A stretch of 64,000 nucleotides of DNA. Origin: an uncultured Clostridia bacterium. GTDB taxonomy: Bacteria; Bacillota; Clostridia; Oscillospirales; CAG-272. Location of the stretch: NCBI GenBank assembly GCA_948466345.1, contig CAOKAC010000009.1:1832-65831 (forward strand), written 5' to 3'. The stretch's first letter is position 1, and each line of letters opens with the position of its first letter. The notes beneath the pieces were generated by a model, which saw only the letters and a program-made list of their open reading frames with translations, did not search any database and was not told the origin of the DNA. The position numbers were made by a program, and so were the translations under genes. Positions 20,572 to 30,184 of the stretch are shown here, piece by piece.

Positions 20572-21807
20572 TTACATCTTTTTTTCTAATGGCCGTACAG
20601 AATGTATCTTTGCTTTTGTCTCTCCGTCCGCCATTTGAATTGAAAGCTCATCACCTATTCTAATATGGTGGACAGATTTGATAATCTTACCTTCCTCATT
20701 GAAAGCTGCACAAAAACCTCTGGTAAGAACAGCCATAGGATTCAACGCGCTTAGCTTTCCGCTTGCAGTCGCCAATTCTCCCTGTTTCTTTTCTAGTTCA
20801 CGTTGGATCGCCGGGTCTATACGCTGTATCAAAGAAAGTACCGCCATCCGCCTATCCTCAATAGTATTCATGGGAGAAAGAAGAGCGCGAGAGGTACTGC
20901 TGCGAAGAAGCCGCTGGCGATATCCCTCCAACGTCCGCCCAAGTACCGCCTGTTCTCTGGAAATAATATTTAAAAATTTCTGCTTCAATTCCGCTGTATC
21001 CGGGACAGCAATCTCCGCCGCTGCGGACGGGGTAGGTGCACGCCGGTCTGCCACAAAATCGCAGATTGTAAAGTCAGTTTCATGGCCTACCGCAGAGATA
21101 AGCGGAATTTGTGACGCGGCAGTGGCTCTAGCCACAAGCTCCGTATTGAACGCCCACAAATCCTCCACCGATCCGCCGCCACGTCCTACAATCAGCACAT
21201 CTGCAGAGTTTGTATCATTAAAATATGCAATTCCCGCCGCTACACTTGCAGGCGCATCCGGTCCCTGCACCAGCGCTGGATACAGCACCAGCTTTGCATA
21301 GGGAAACCGCCGCCGGCAAATATGGATGATATCCCGTACTGCGGCACCGGTGGGAGATGTCACGATACCTACTACAGAAGGTATTTTGGGCAATGGCTTT
21401 TTTCTCTCGTCTGCAAAAAGCCCTTCGCTCTCCAATTTGCGCTTGAGCTGCTCAAAAGCAATATATAAAGCGCCAACGCCGTCCGGCTCCATGGAATCCG
21501 CATAAAGCTGATATGCCCCGTCCCGTACGAATGCAGAAATTCTTCCATGGGCGATCACCTTCATACCATTTTCCGGCATGAATTCCATCTTTTGCGCGCT
21601 GGACCGGAACATAACGCTTTTTAGTGCGCTGTCTGCATCTTTTAATGTAAAGTAAAAATGTCCGGAAGAATGGGCTTTAAAATTAGAGATTTCACCTTTG
21701 ATATAGATGTCCGACAAAGGCGGGTTTACATCAATCAAATCCTTTATAAATTGATTGAGCTCTGTAACAGTCAATGGACTTGGAAACCGCATATCACTCA
21801 CATCCAT
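20572..21807 (-). CDS. xseA: Exodeoxyribonuclease VII large subunit
   Basis: GEISNF..HSSGHFYFTLKD, GRGGGSVEDL, SAVGHETD, RAPTPSAAAE; start approximate. Confidence 0.95.
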   Translation of the reverse strand: MDVSDMRFPSPLTVTELNQFIKDLIDVNPPLSDIYIKGEISNFKAHSSGHFYFTLKDADSALKSVMFRSSAQKMEFMPENGMKVIAHGRISAFVRDGAYQLYADSMEPDGVGALYIAFEQLKRKLESEGLFADERKKPLPKIPSVVGIVTSPTGAAVRDIIHICRRRFPYAKLVLYPALVQGPDAPASVAAGIAYFNDTNSADVLIVGRGGGSVEDLWAFNTELVARATAASQIPLISAVGHETDFTICDFVADRRAPTPSAAAEIAVPDTAELKQKFLNIISREQAVLGRTLEGYRQRLLRSSTSRALLSPMNTIEDRRMAVLSLIQRIDPAIQRELEKKQGELATASGKLSALNPMAVLTRGFCAAFNEEGKIIKSVHHIRIGDELSIQMADGETKAKIHSVRPLEKKM

Positions 21808-22768
21808 CCCATCGCCCATACCTTTCTTTATATTTATGCAACGCCAGCAGTGCCGTGCCTGCCGCGTTGTCCGATGAAAATGCCGGTGCGGCAAAGCTAC
21901 CCCAAGCAGACAGCGCCTCTCGTATATAACTGCAGCTCATTACGCCGCCGGCATATACAATTGGAAGCCCTGGATATATCTTCAACAGGTGCTTTGTCAG
22001 TATCAGTAGTGTTTGCTGCACAGATTGCAGCACAAATGCTGCACAGGCTCCCACATTTCCACTTTTCTCAAACATTTCGCAAGCCTTGTTTTCCAGGCCG
22101 GATAAATTGCAATATAATCCTTTGACAGATGGTTTACAGGGTTTTATCTGATCCATAAACGGCGCTGCAGCCTGTTCCATAGCAGGACCAGCGGGAAAGG
22201 ACATTCCCATCATCACTCCTGCCCGATCAATTATCTGCCCAGCGTTGAGATCCAACGTACCGCCAATTTTTTCTATAGAAAAAATTGTATTCTTGTCGGG
22301 ATGTACCAACAAAATTTCCGTTGTTCCGCCGGACACGTGGAAGGCTGCAAAAGGCAGACGTATATGTTCCATTTTTCCAGCCCCATACAGAGCCGCCATT
22401 ACATGACCGCTCTGATGTGAAAAACCATACAAAGGGATATTTGCGGCGCAGGTTGCCGCGCTTGCTGCAGCCTGTCCTGCTAAAAAGCATGGCATATAGG
22501 ATTCCGCCTCATCGCGGGGCGTTTTAGAATACCCTACAGCAAGGAGCTTTCTGCCGGCAAGCACTGTCTGAATTTCCTCTAAAACCTGCGGCAACTGTAC
22601 TGTATGATGAAAGAGCGCCTCACTTTGGCGCAGCCCCCTGTTCCCCTTTACTACCGGAAGCAGCTTTTTTATGTTTGCCACAATTTCTCCGTCCAGTGTA
22701 CACAAAGCTGCCGAAGTCGTATAATTGCTGGTATCAATTCCAAGAATCATTGCATTATTCTTGCACAT
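21794..22768 (-). CDS. TsaD/Kae1-fold (peptidase M22-like) paralog
   Basis: LGIDTSNYTTS, GLRQSEALF, SHQSGH, HVSGGTT, AGGVM, SDNA; typical clostridial position between nusB and xseA. Confidence 0.8.
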   Translation of the reverse strand: MCKNNAMILGIDTSNYTTSAALCTLDGEIVANIKKLLPVVKGNRGLRQSEALFHHTVQLPQVLEEIQTVLAGRKLLAVGYSKTPRDEAESYMPCFLAGQAAASAATCAANIPLYGFSHQSGHVMAALYGAGKMEHIRLPFAAFHVSGGTTEILLVHPDKNTIFSIEKIGGTLDLNAGQIIDRAGVMMGMSFPAGPAMEQAAAPFMDQIKPCKPSVKGLYCNLSGLENKACEMFEKSGNVGACAAFVLQSVQQTLLILTKHLLKIYPGLPIVYAGGVMSCSYIREALSAWGSFAAPAFSSDNAAGTALLALHKYKERYGRWDGCE

Positions 22769-23186
22769 TGCTGTCCTGCGTCTGGAAAAAGCCCTGATCT
22801 TTTGCGATTTGATTCAATATTCCGTTGACGAAAGCGGTAGATTTATCATCATTATACAGCTTAGAGATTTCCACTGCTTCATTAATCGCCACCTTTGCTG
22901 GGACATCTGCATAAAGCAACTCTCCAACGCACATCCGCAGCACAGCCCTCGTCACTGCCGACATTCTGGAAAGACGCCAGTTTTCCGCACTGGCTTCAAT
23001 TAGCCTATCAATTTCTTCCTGATGCTCTACCGCTGTACTGTACAACGCTTTAACAAACACATGATTTCCTAATCCCCGATTACGCATAGCGCTCTCATAG
23101 ATTTGGGTCCAATCTATTGCTTCTTTTTGAAAATCTGTTTCAAAAAGCAATTCAAAAGCGCAAATTCTGCTTTCACGTCTATTCAT
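22755..23186 (-). CDS. nusB: Transcription antitermination factor NusB
   Basis: MNRRESR, W.LSRM..V.RAVLR, VAINEAVEISK, FVNGIL. Confidence 0.93.
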   Translation of the reverse strand: MNRRESRICAFELLFETDFQKEAIDWTQIYESAMRNRGLGNHVFVKALYSTAVEHQEEIDRLIEASAENWRLSRMSAVTRAVLRMCVGELLYADVPAKVAINEAVEISKLYNDDKSTAFVNGILNQIAKDQGFFQTQDSNVQE

Positions 23187-23233
23187 ACCAGACACCCTCA
23201 ATTTTCATTTTTGTCCATAAGTATACACATTTT

Positions 23234-23262
23234 ATTATACAGAAAAAGCCAAGAAAAGTCAA
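23234..23262 (-). promoter_or_regulatory. SigA-type promoter of the nusB operon
   Basis: TTGACT-17 nt-TATAAT. Confidence 0.75.
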
Positions 23263-23384
23263 TGAATATTCATTATAAATATACATGCTCTATCCAGTTT
23301 AGGAAAAGAGTGTCGCTTATATTATCGAGCTACTTTGGAATACTTTTGATAGTGGCGAAAATATTGCAAAAAGGAAGTTTTATC

Positions 23385-24353
23385 ATGTTTAAGAAAGCAA
23401 TTGCATGTCTGCTGTCTGCTGTACTGCTGACAGCGGCAGTCCCGGCGGTCAGCGCACAGGATTATATAAAATGGATCGACTTTGACGTTAGTGAGACAGC
23501 CATGGGAGATGCGCTGGATTTTTGCATTACCGGGTACGAAAGCGGCACTCCCTGCTCGTTTTCGACTCTATTAGCATGTCTTGCCGTAAAGTATGGCGGA
23601 AATTTTGAGCACTATAAAAAGACTGATTTAATAGAAATCGGTGAGAGCCTTCAAAAGGGAGAGGATCCAGCAAAAATTACAAACAATGAAAAATTATATA
23701 CCTATTATTCCAATGCTTATGAAGCGGTGCTTGGGGGCATGGTAGGCGAATACACTGAATATACCGCAGAAGGAGACAACATCGGCAAAGAAGAAAAATA
23801 CGGATTGATCGCATATTCTCCCATTGCGCAGGGATACAGCTACGCGCATTCCGACGATTTTGGCGTTGCCCGCTCCTACGGATATAAAAGAAACCATTTA
23901 GGCCATGATCTAATGGGCAGCGTAGGTACACCAATTGTCGCTGTAGAAGGCGGATATGTGGAGGCCTGCGGCTGGAACCAGTATGGTGGATGGCGTATTG
24001 GAATTCGTTCTTATGATGGGAAGCGATACTATTACTATGCGCATTTACGAAAAGGACATCCCTACAACGATATGTACGAAGGCAAACAGGTTGATGCGGG
24101 AGAAGTGATTGGATATCTGGGAATGACTGGTTATTCCGCCAAAGAAAATACCAATAATATTAACACACCCCACCTTCATTACGGGCTGCAAATTATCTTT
24201 GATCCTGCGCAAAAGGATGGCTGGAATCAAATTTGGATCGATATGTATGCACTTACAAAATTTTTATACAGGAATCGCGCGCCAAGCGTATCCACGGAAG
24301 ACGGAGAACGTGTCAGCACCCGCTGGTCTGTAAATAAACAGCACCCCAACTGA
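23385..24353 (+). CDS. Secreted M23-family metallopeptidase
   Basis: Signal peptide; HLGHD (HxxxD), YYYAHL, HLH. Confidence 0.85.
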   Translation: MFKKAIACLLSAVLLTAAVPAVSAQDYIKWIDFDVSETAMGDALDFCITGYESGTPCSFSTLLACLAVKYGGNFEHYKKTDLIEIGESLQKGEDPAKITNNEKLYTYYSNAYEAVLGGMVGEYTEYTAEGDNIGKEEKYGLIAYSPIAQGYSYAHSDDFGVARSYGYKRNHLGHDLMGSVGTPIVAVEGGYVEACGWNQYGGWRIGIRSYDGKRYYYYAHLRKGHPYNDMYEGKQVDAGEVIGYLGMTGYSAKENTNNINTPHLHYGLQIIFDPAQKDGWNQIWIDMYALTKFLYRNRAPSVSTEDGERVSTRWSVNKQHPN

Positions 24354-24430
24354 TTTTTGTGCAAATCTCATCTTGCATCTGTGACTGTTTCATGGTATCC
24401 TGTAAATAAGAATAATCGGGGGAGAAATAT

Positions 24431-24859
24431 ATGAAACGGGGAAATACTTTTTCGCAAGTATTTAAAAATGGGTGCGTCATTTTTACAATCATTACACTGA
24501 TCATCTATGGTATTGGCACACTGCTTTCCAACGCGGACAAGGCTTTCATACCAACATTTCAATGGATTCTTTTATTCTTTGTATTTTCTTTATTTTTTAG
24601 CTGCACCAATCAAATTCTGCGCTTGGATCGCTTCTCTTTTTCGTTGCGTATTCTGCTTCACTTCCTTACAGCCGCCACTCTATATGTTATAGCTGTCATC
24701 CTGTGTGGTGGCTTATACAAAAATGGTGTCGTGCTCCTGCTGTCTATCCTTCTGTTTATTGCAGGCTATATTCTGTTTGCCGTTTTATATTCTTTCAGAA
24801 TGCGAAGAACCAAAGGAACGAGCAACGAAAAAGACACGTATAAACCAGTATTTCATTAA
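24431..24859 (+). CDS. Four-TM membrane protein
   Basis: Four hydrophobic segments; RBS GGGGAG. Confidence 0.65.
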   Translation: MKRGNTFSQVFKNGCVIFTIITLIIYGIGTLLSNADKAFIPTFQWILLFFVFSLFFSCTNQILRLDRFSFSLRILLHFLTAATLYVIAVILCGGLYKNGVVLLLSILLFIAGYILFAVLYSFRMRRTKGTSNEKDTYKPVFH

Positions 24860-24891
24860 TTTGTAAAATAAAATTATTATAGTAGGAAATT

Positions 24892-25719
24892 ATGAAACAG
24901 TATTTTAAATGTATTACTTCTATTTTTTTAGCAGCAGTTTTGGCAATTGGCTGTTCAAGCTGTGCTGATGATGACAATGTCAAAGGTGATGTTTCTACTG
25001 CTACTGAAGAAATCGAACAAACTGAACCAACAAATGTTGAGCCTGAGGATACAACAGCAGATACCACTCCGGCAGCCCCTGTCTTTGGAGAGCTTGAGGA
25101 ACGAGAAGACGCAGGAGAAGCCTATCAGGACAAAATTGTTTTTGTAGGCGACTCCACTACCCATCATCTGCGCAATCGAGAAGTACTCTCCGGTGGAAAA
25201 GATACCATGCAAGTATGGACCCCGACTTGCGGAACGCTGACCCTTGCATATGTCCTTACTGCAAAAATTCTTTATCCGGAAACCAATACAGAAATGACAA
25301 TCATGGAAGCTGCTGGGATCAAAAAGCCAGAAATCATGGTTATCACCCTAGGTATGAACGGGATCAGCTTTATGGAAGAAACCAATTTTAAAGCAGTTTA
25401 TGCATCGCTGCTCCAAGGAATATTAGAGCAAAGTCCAAACACAAAAATTATTTTGCAGTCTATTTATCCCCGCGCACAGAGTGTTCATGAAAATTATGCC
25501 TCCATTACCCAAGATATGATCGATACCGGTAATGCTTGGATCCGCGAACTAGCACAAGAATGTAGTGTATATTATTTGGACACGCAAGCGATTCTAAAAG
25601 ATGAAAATGGATATCTGCGTGCCGAATACGGCGTAGAAGATGGGATTCATATTTCCCGCGACGGATATCTGGCAATTCTCCAGTTTATCCGTACACATCC
25701 GATTCCGGAACTTGTATAA
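24892..25719 (+). CDS. SGNH/GDSL hydrolase lipoprotein
   Basis: Lipobox CSSC; VGDS, LGMNG, DGIH. Confidence 0.85.
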   Translation: MKQYFKCITSIFLAAVLAIGCSSCADDDNVKGDVSTATEEIEQTEPTNVEPEDTTADTTPAAPVFGELEEREDAGEAYQDKIVFVGDSTTHHLRNREVLSGGKDTMQVWTPTCGTLTLAYVLTAKILYPETNTEMTIMEAAGIKKPEIMVITLGMNGISFMEETNFKAVYASLLQGILEQSPNTKIILQSIYPRAQSVHENYASITQDMIDTGNAWIRELAQECSVYYLDTQAILKDENGYLRAEYGVEDGIHISRDGYLAILQFIRTHPIPELV

Positions 25720-25748
25720 AAAACCATCGGCAATGCCGATGGTTTTTT
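25718..25748. terminator. Intrinsic terminator
   Basis: AAAAAACCATCG-GCAATGC-CGATGGTTTTTT. Confidence 0.75.
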
Positions 25749-25828
25749 CTTTCAATGTGACTTGCTCACAAACAAAATGGGAAACATTGTGATATCTTAT
25801 AGTAAAAGATCTATAACTGGAGGTATGT

Positions 25829-26149
25829 ATGAAAAATTTCGGATTGTTTTCCGAGCCTACAATCGATGCGGGATTTGAAGATTATCATAAAACACAAGGG
25901 GCAATTCTACTGGATGTGCGCACACCGGAAGAATTTGCTGACGGGCACATTCCAGGCAGCCGCAATTTGCCGCTGTCAGAGTTAGCACGAATTAAAGAGA
26001 AAATATTTGAAAAAGACACCCCTATATTTGTATACTGTCATAGCGGGTCCAGAAGTCAACAAGCTGCTGCCGCACTGAAGCAAATGGGATACTGCAATAT
26101 AAAAAATATTGGCGGCATCATACATTATCACGGGAAGGTGGAAAAATAA
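25829..26149 (+). CDS. Rhodanese-like domain protein
   Basis: LLDVRTPEEFADGHIPG, YCHSGSRS. Confidence 0.9.
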   Translation: MKNFGLFSEPTIDAGFEDYHKTQGAILLDVRTPEEFADGHIPGSRNLPLSELARIKEKIFEKDTPIFVYCHSGSRSQQAAAALKQMGYCNIKNIGGIIHYHGKVEK

Positions 26150-27850
26150 ATGAAAGTAGTTATTGTCGGCGGCGTTGCCGGAGGCGCTACTGCTGCAGCT
26201 AGAATCAGGCGACTGGACGAAACAGCACAGATTGTGCTGTTGGAGCGTTCCGGATTTATCTCTTATGCAAACTGCGGTCTACCCTATTATATTGGTGGCA
26301 CAATTCAAGATGCCGATGCTCTTACACTGCAAACTCCGGAGAGCTTTTGGAATCGTTTTCAAATTGAAGCAAGGGTTAGTCATGAGGTTCTGGCAATCAA
26401 CAGAGGTTCAAAACATATCACTGTACAAGAGCTTTGTACTGGAAAAACATACACAGAAAGTTACGATAAACTGATTCTCTCTCCTGGAGCCAAACCCATT
26501 CGGCCACAGCTTACTGGCATTCACAACGAAAAAGTATATACACTGCGTACAGTAGAGGATACCTTTCGCATTCAAAAAGCGGCTGCGACCAGCGGCTGCA
26601 AAACAGCCGTTATCGTAGGCGGTGGATTCATCGGAGTAGAAATGGCTGAAAACCTCCAGGGGTTGGGAATAGACGTTACGCTTGTTGAAAAACAGACTCA
26701 AATATTAGGGCAGTTTGATAACGACATGGCTAGTTTTTTGCATGCTCACATGAAAGACAAAGGGATTCGACTCCTGCTTGGCAAATCTGTTGCAGGATTT
26801 TCAACGACAGATCAGAAATTGATTGTAAATATAGAAAACACAGAGCCGATACAAACAGATATTGTAGTTTTGGCAATTGGTGTTGTTCCCGACAGCAAGC
26901 TTGCAAAGGATGCGGAGCTTGCTTTAGGCCAAAAAGAAAGCATTGCGGTGAATGACCAGATGCAGACATCTGATCCAGACATCTATGCGGTCGGAGATGC
27001 GGTAGAGGTCACCCACCAGGTTACTGGAGCAAAGACAATTGTTTCTCTAGCGGGCCCTGCAAATAAGCAGGGACGCATCGCTGCAGACGTAATTTGCGGA
27101 TTAGACAGCAGGTATGCAGGCACGGCAGCATCCTCAGTATTAAAAGTATTTGATATGACGGCAGCATCTACAGGAATTAACGAAAGAACTGCAAGGGCTG
27201 CAAATATTCATTATGAAAAAGTTATTCTCTCCCCTGCTTCCCACGCATCTTACTATCCAGGCGGAGAGGTAATGACTATGAAAGTACTTTTTGAAAAGGA
27301 AAGTCAGCGGATCCTAGGGGCGCAAATCATTGGAGGCGATGGTGTCGACAAGCGTATCGATGTATTGGCTACCGCGATACAGGCAAATATGCAGGTAAGC
27401 GCCTTAGGTGAGCTGGATTTGGCATATGCGCCCCCTTACTCTTCCGCAAAAGATCCTGTAAACATGGCTGGTTTTATTGCAGAAAACGTAATTTTTGGAA
27501 AAATAAAGCAATTTTATTACGAGGATATAGAAAGTCTTCCTCATGATGGGAGCATAATCCTGCTAGATACCAGAACAGATGGAGAGTATAAGAGAGGACA
27601 TGCCGAAGGATTTGAAACACATATTCCTTTAGACAGTTTGCGTAAGCGGATGCATGAATTGGATCAAACCAAACCGATATATGCGATGTGTCAATCGGGA
27701 TTGCGCAGCTATATCGCCTGTCGCATTCTAACACAAAACGGCTACGACTGTTATAACTTTGCAGGCGGATATCGTTTCTACAAAAGTGTACATTTAGAAA
27801 ATCAATCCAGTACGCAAGCCTTCCCCTGCGGCATGGAAAAGATCGAATAA
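26150..27850 (+). CDS. CoA-disulfide/persulfide reductase with C-terminal rhodanese domain
   Basis: GGVAGG, SYANCGLPY, GGGFIG, YAPPY, CQSGLRS. Confidence 0.9.
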   Translation: MKVVIVGGVAGGATAAARIRRLDETAQIVLLERSGFISYANCGLPYYIGGTIQDADALTLQTPESFWNRFQIEARVSHEVLAINRGSKHITVQELCTGKTYTESYDKLILSPGAKPIRPQLTGIHNEKVYTLRTVEDTFRIQKAAATSGCKTAVIVGGGFIGVEMAENLQGLGIDVTLVEKQTQILGQFDNDMASFLHAHMKDKGIRLLLGKSVAGFSTTDQKLIVNIENTEPIQTDIVVLAIGVVPDSKLAKDAELALGQKESIAVNDQMQTSDPDIYAVGDAVEVTHQVTGAKTIVSLAGPANKQGRIAADVICGLDSRYAGTAASSVLKVFDMTAASTGINERTARAANIHYEKVILSPASHASYYPGGEVMTMKVLFEKESQRILGAQIIGGDGVDKRIDVLATAIQANMQVSALGELDLAYAPPYSSAKDPVNMAGFIAENVIFGKIKQFYYEDIESLPHDGSIILLDTRTDGEYKRGHAEGFETHIPLDSLRKRMHELDQTKPIYAMCQSGLRSYIACRILTQNGYDCYNFAGGYRFYKSVHLENQSSTQAFPCGMEKIE

Positions 27851-27870
27851 AATTTTATTGTTTCTTAATT

Positions 27871-27909
27871 AGAAATCCCCACTGAAAGTTCATTTCAGTG
27901 GGGATTTCT
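27871..27909. terminator. Bidirectional intrinsic terminator
   Basis: AGAAATCCCCACTGAAA-GTTCA-TTTCAGTGGGGATTTCT between convergent genes. Confidence 0.8.
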
Positions 27910-27918
27910 CTTTTTTGC

Positions 27919-28797
27919 TTATTCTTCTGTTTTTTCTTCTGCAACAGATGCTTCTTCTGCAGGCACGGCATCATCAACTTCCTGCTCTTTCACAGGCGCA
28001 GCTGTTTCTTCCTGCTTTTCGGCAGCCTTTTTGGTGTCTGTCTTTGCAGCTTCTTTTTCCGCTTCAGCACGAAGTGCTGCACGCTTAGAAGCTTTAATTC
28101 TTTCCCGCTCTTCCGCTTTTTCTGTCATCTTTTCAATCACATGGTTGATATCGTCACGGGCTTTATCCACATCCGCACCATATTCAACAGTAAACTTGAA
28201 AGCATCCTCGCCATTTTTCAGTTTGAGTCCAAAATAGTAAACAGAAATTTCCTTGCCTGCTGCATTGAATTTTTTCTCTTCTATATAGGCTTCTTTTACA
28301 TCCTCGTAGGGGAAAGCGCCTCCGAACTCATAGTTCGCTTCTTCGGAAGCATCTGTCAACGTAATATGTTTTCCATGCACATAGATTTTTGTTTTGGTAA
28401 AATACAGCTGTGCAGCATTAAACATATTGGTTCTGTAAATATGGTCAGAACCTTTTTTGCAGTAAATTTCTTTTGGACTAAAATCAAATCCCTTTAAAAA
28501 AACGGGTTTAATGATCGTAATAAAGTGTTTTTCATAAACTTCATATTTGATCATCGCCTGTTCCGGCATTTCTTTTGTAACCCCGTAAATCTGATTGTCG
28601 ATGTCATATTCTCCCGCTTTTGCACCGGAACCAAATACAGCTACTGCCACACCCACTAAAATAATAACAATTCCAATCGGGCGTGTGTTGCCGCCAAACA
28701 GCAAAACGATTCCGACTAAAGCGATCACTAAGCCGACAATCAATACTGGGTTGATTCCCTTGGCTGCAAAATATTTTTGATTGCGTTTCGTTTCCAT
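27919..28797 (-). CDS. Hypothetical membrane protein with charged C-terminal tail
   Basis: Two N-terminal TM helices, a soluble domain and an E/K/A-rich tail. Confidence 0.7.
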   Translation of the reverse strand: METKRNQKYFAAKGINPVLIVGLVIALVGIVLLFGGNTRPIGIVIILVGVAVAVFGSGAKAGEYDIDNQIYGVTKEMPEQAMIKYEVYEKHFITIIKPVFLKGFDFSPKEIYCKKGSDHIYRTNMFNAAQLYFTKTKIYVHGKHITLTDASEEANYEFGGAFPYEDVKEAYIEEKKFNAAGKEISVYYFGLKLKNGEDAFKFTVEYGADVDKARDDINHVIEKMTEKAEERERIKASKRAALRAEAEKEAAKTDTKKAAEKQEETAAPVKEQEVDDAVPAEEASVAEEKTEE

Positions 28798-28863
28798 TTC
28801 TCTACATTCCTATTCTTCAAATAATCGATTTATAACAAATATATGCCTGCACTGACAGCACTA

Positions 28864-29934
28864 TTACTCAACCGGTACAATCCAACCCATTTCATCCGCT
28901 GCTTTTCCCCACTGCATCGCAGTCAGGTTATCATACAGCTTCTGGGAAATCGGTCCGATTTTGCCGTCATTGATCCGAATGCTGTAGCCTTCGTCGTTGT
29001 ATTCCCCTACAGGAGAAATAACGGCGGCAGTCCCTGTTCCAAAGGACTCGTTCAAGGTACCATTTTCATAAGCCTCTCTGATCTCGTCAATGGAAACCTT
29101 TCTCTCCTCAACTGTATACCCCCATTTTTTTAGCAGTTCAATACAGGATGCACGCGTCACACCAGGAAGAATATTTCCATCAGCCAAAGAAGGCGTTACA
29201 ACTTTGCCGTCTATGACAAAAAACACATTCATAGCGCCAACTTCATCAATATATTTGCGCTCAATACCATCCAACCAGAGAACCTGTGCATATCCATTTT
29301 CTTCTGCTTCCTGCTGTCCCAGAAGAGACGCTGCATAGTTGCCTCCTACCTTTGCCTCACCTGTACCGCCTTTTACGCAGCGCACATACTTGCGCTCCAC
29401 ACGAATTTTAACAGGAGCGAGACCTCCGGCGTAGTAAGATCCTACCGGAGACAAAATAATCACAAAAGAATACTTCTTCGAAGGATGCACGCCAAGCTGC
29501 GGTTCCGTTGCAAAGATAAAGGGACGTATGTAAAGAGACGTTCCCTGGCTATGAGGCACCCAGTCGCGTTCTATATCTACAAGCGTTTTAATTGCTTGCA
29601 AGGCATCTTCTGCCGGAACCTCTGGCACACACATTCTTCGGCAGGTGCTATTCATACGAGCAATATTTTTATCTGGGCGGAACAGCTGTATACCATCATC
29701 CGACCGACGATATGCTTTCAACCCCTCAAAAAGCTCTTGCGCATAATGAAAAACCATCGCAGAAGGATCCAATGAAATAGGACCATAGGGCACAATGCGT
29801 GCATCATGCCAGCCCTGGCCTGCATCATAATCCATTATAAACATATGGTCAGTAAAGTGCCGTCCAAATCCAAGACTGTCGTCTGCAGGTTTGGATTTTT
29901 TAACCGCTGCTTTTTCTATTCTGATATCGAGCAT
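28864..29934 (-). CDS. ilvE: Branched-chain amino acid aminotransferase
   Basis: GFGRHFTDHM, HYAQELFEGLKAY, LYIRP, KVGGNYA, ILPGVTR, FGTGTAAVISP. Confidence 0.95.
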   Translation of the reverse strand: MLDIRIEKAAVKKSKPADDSLGFGRHFTDHMFIMDYDAGQGWHDARIVPYGPISLDPSAMVFHYAQELFEGLKAYRRSDDGIQLFRPDKNIARMNSTCRRMCVPEVPAEDALQAIKTLVDIERDWVPHSQGTSLYIRPFIFATEPQLGVHPSKKYSFVIILSPVGSYYAGGLAPVKIRVERKYVRCVKGGTGEAKVGGNYAASLLGQQEAEENGYAQVLWLDGIERKYIDEVGAMNVFFVIDGKVVTPSLADGNILPGVTRASCIELLKKWGYTVEERKVSIDEIREAYENGTLNESFGTGTAAVISPVGEYNDEGYSIRINDGKIGPISQKLYDNLTAMQWGKAADEMGWIVPVE

Positions 29935-30184
29935 AACAATCCGTCCTTTCCGCAGGACAAAACAATACTGCTTGTCACTGTCACGTACAAAATATAACTT
30001 TATATAACTTTTTTCTTGTCACTATACTATTTTATTATACACTTTCACCCTTTTAAAATCAATATGAGGCAGGAAAATATTATGAACTTTTCGTGAATCT
30101 TTTAATAACTTATCAAAGATAGTATATATCCCGGAAAAATCTGTACAGAATATGTACAACCAAACATATGAAAGGAAAAAGCAT

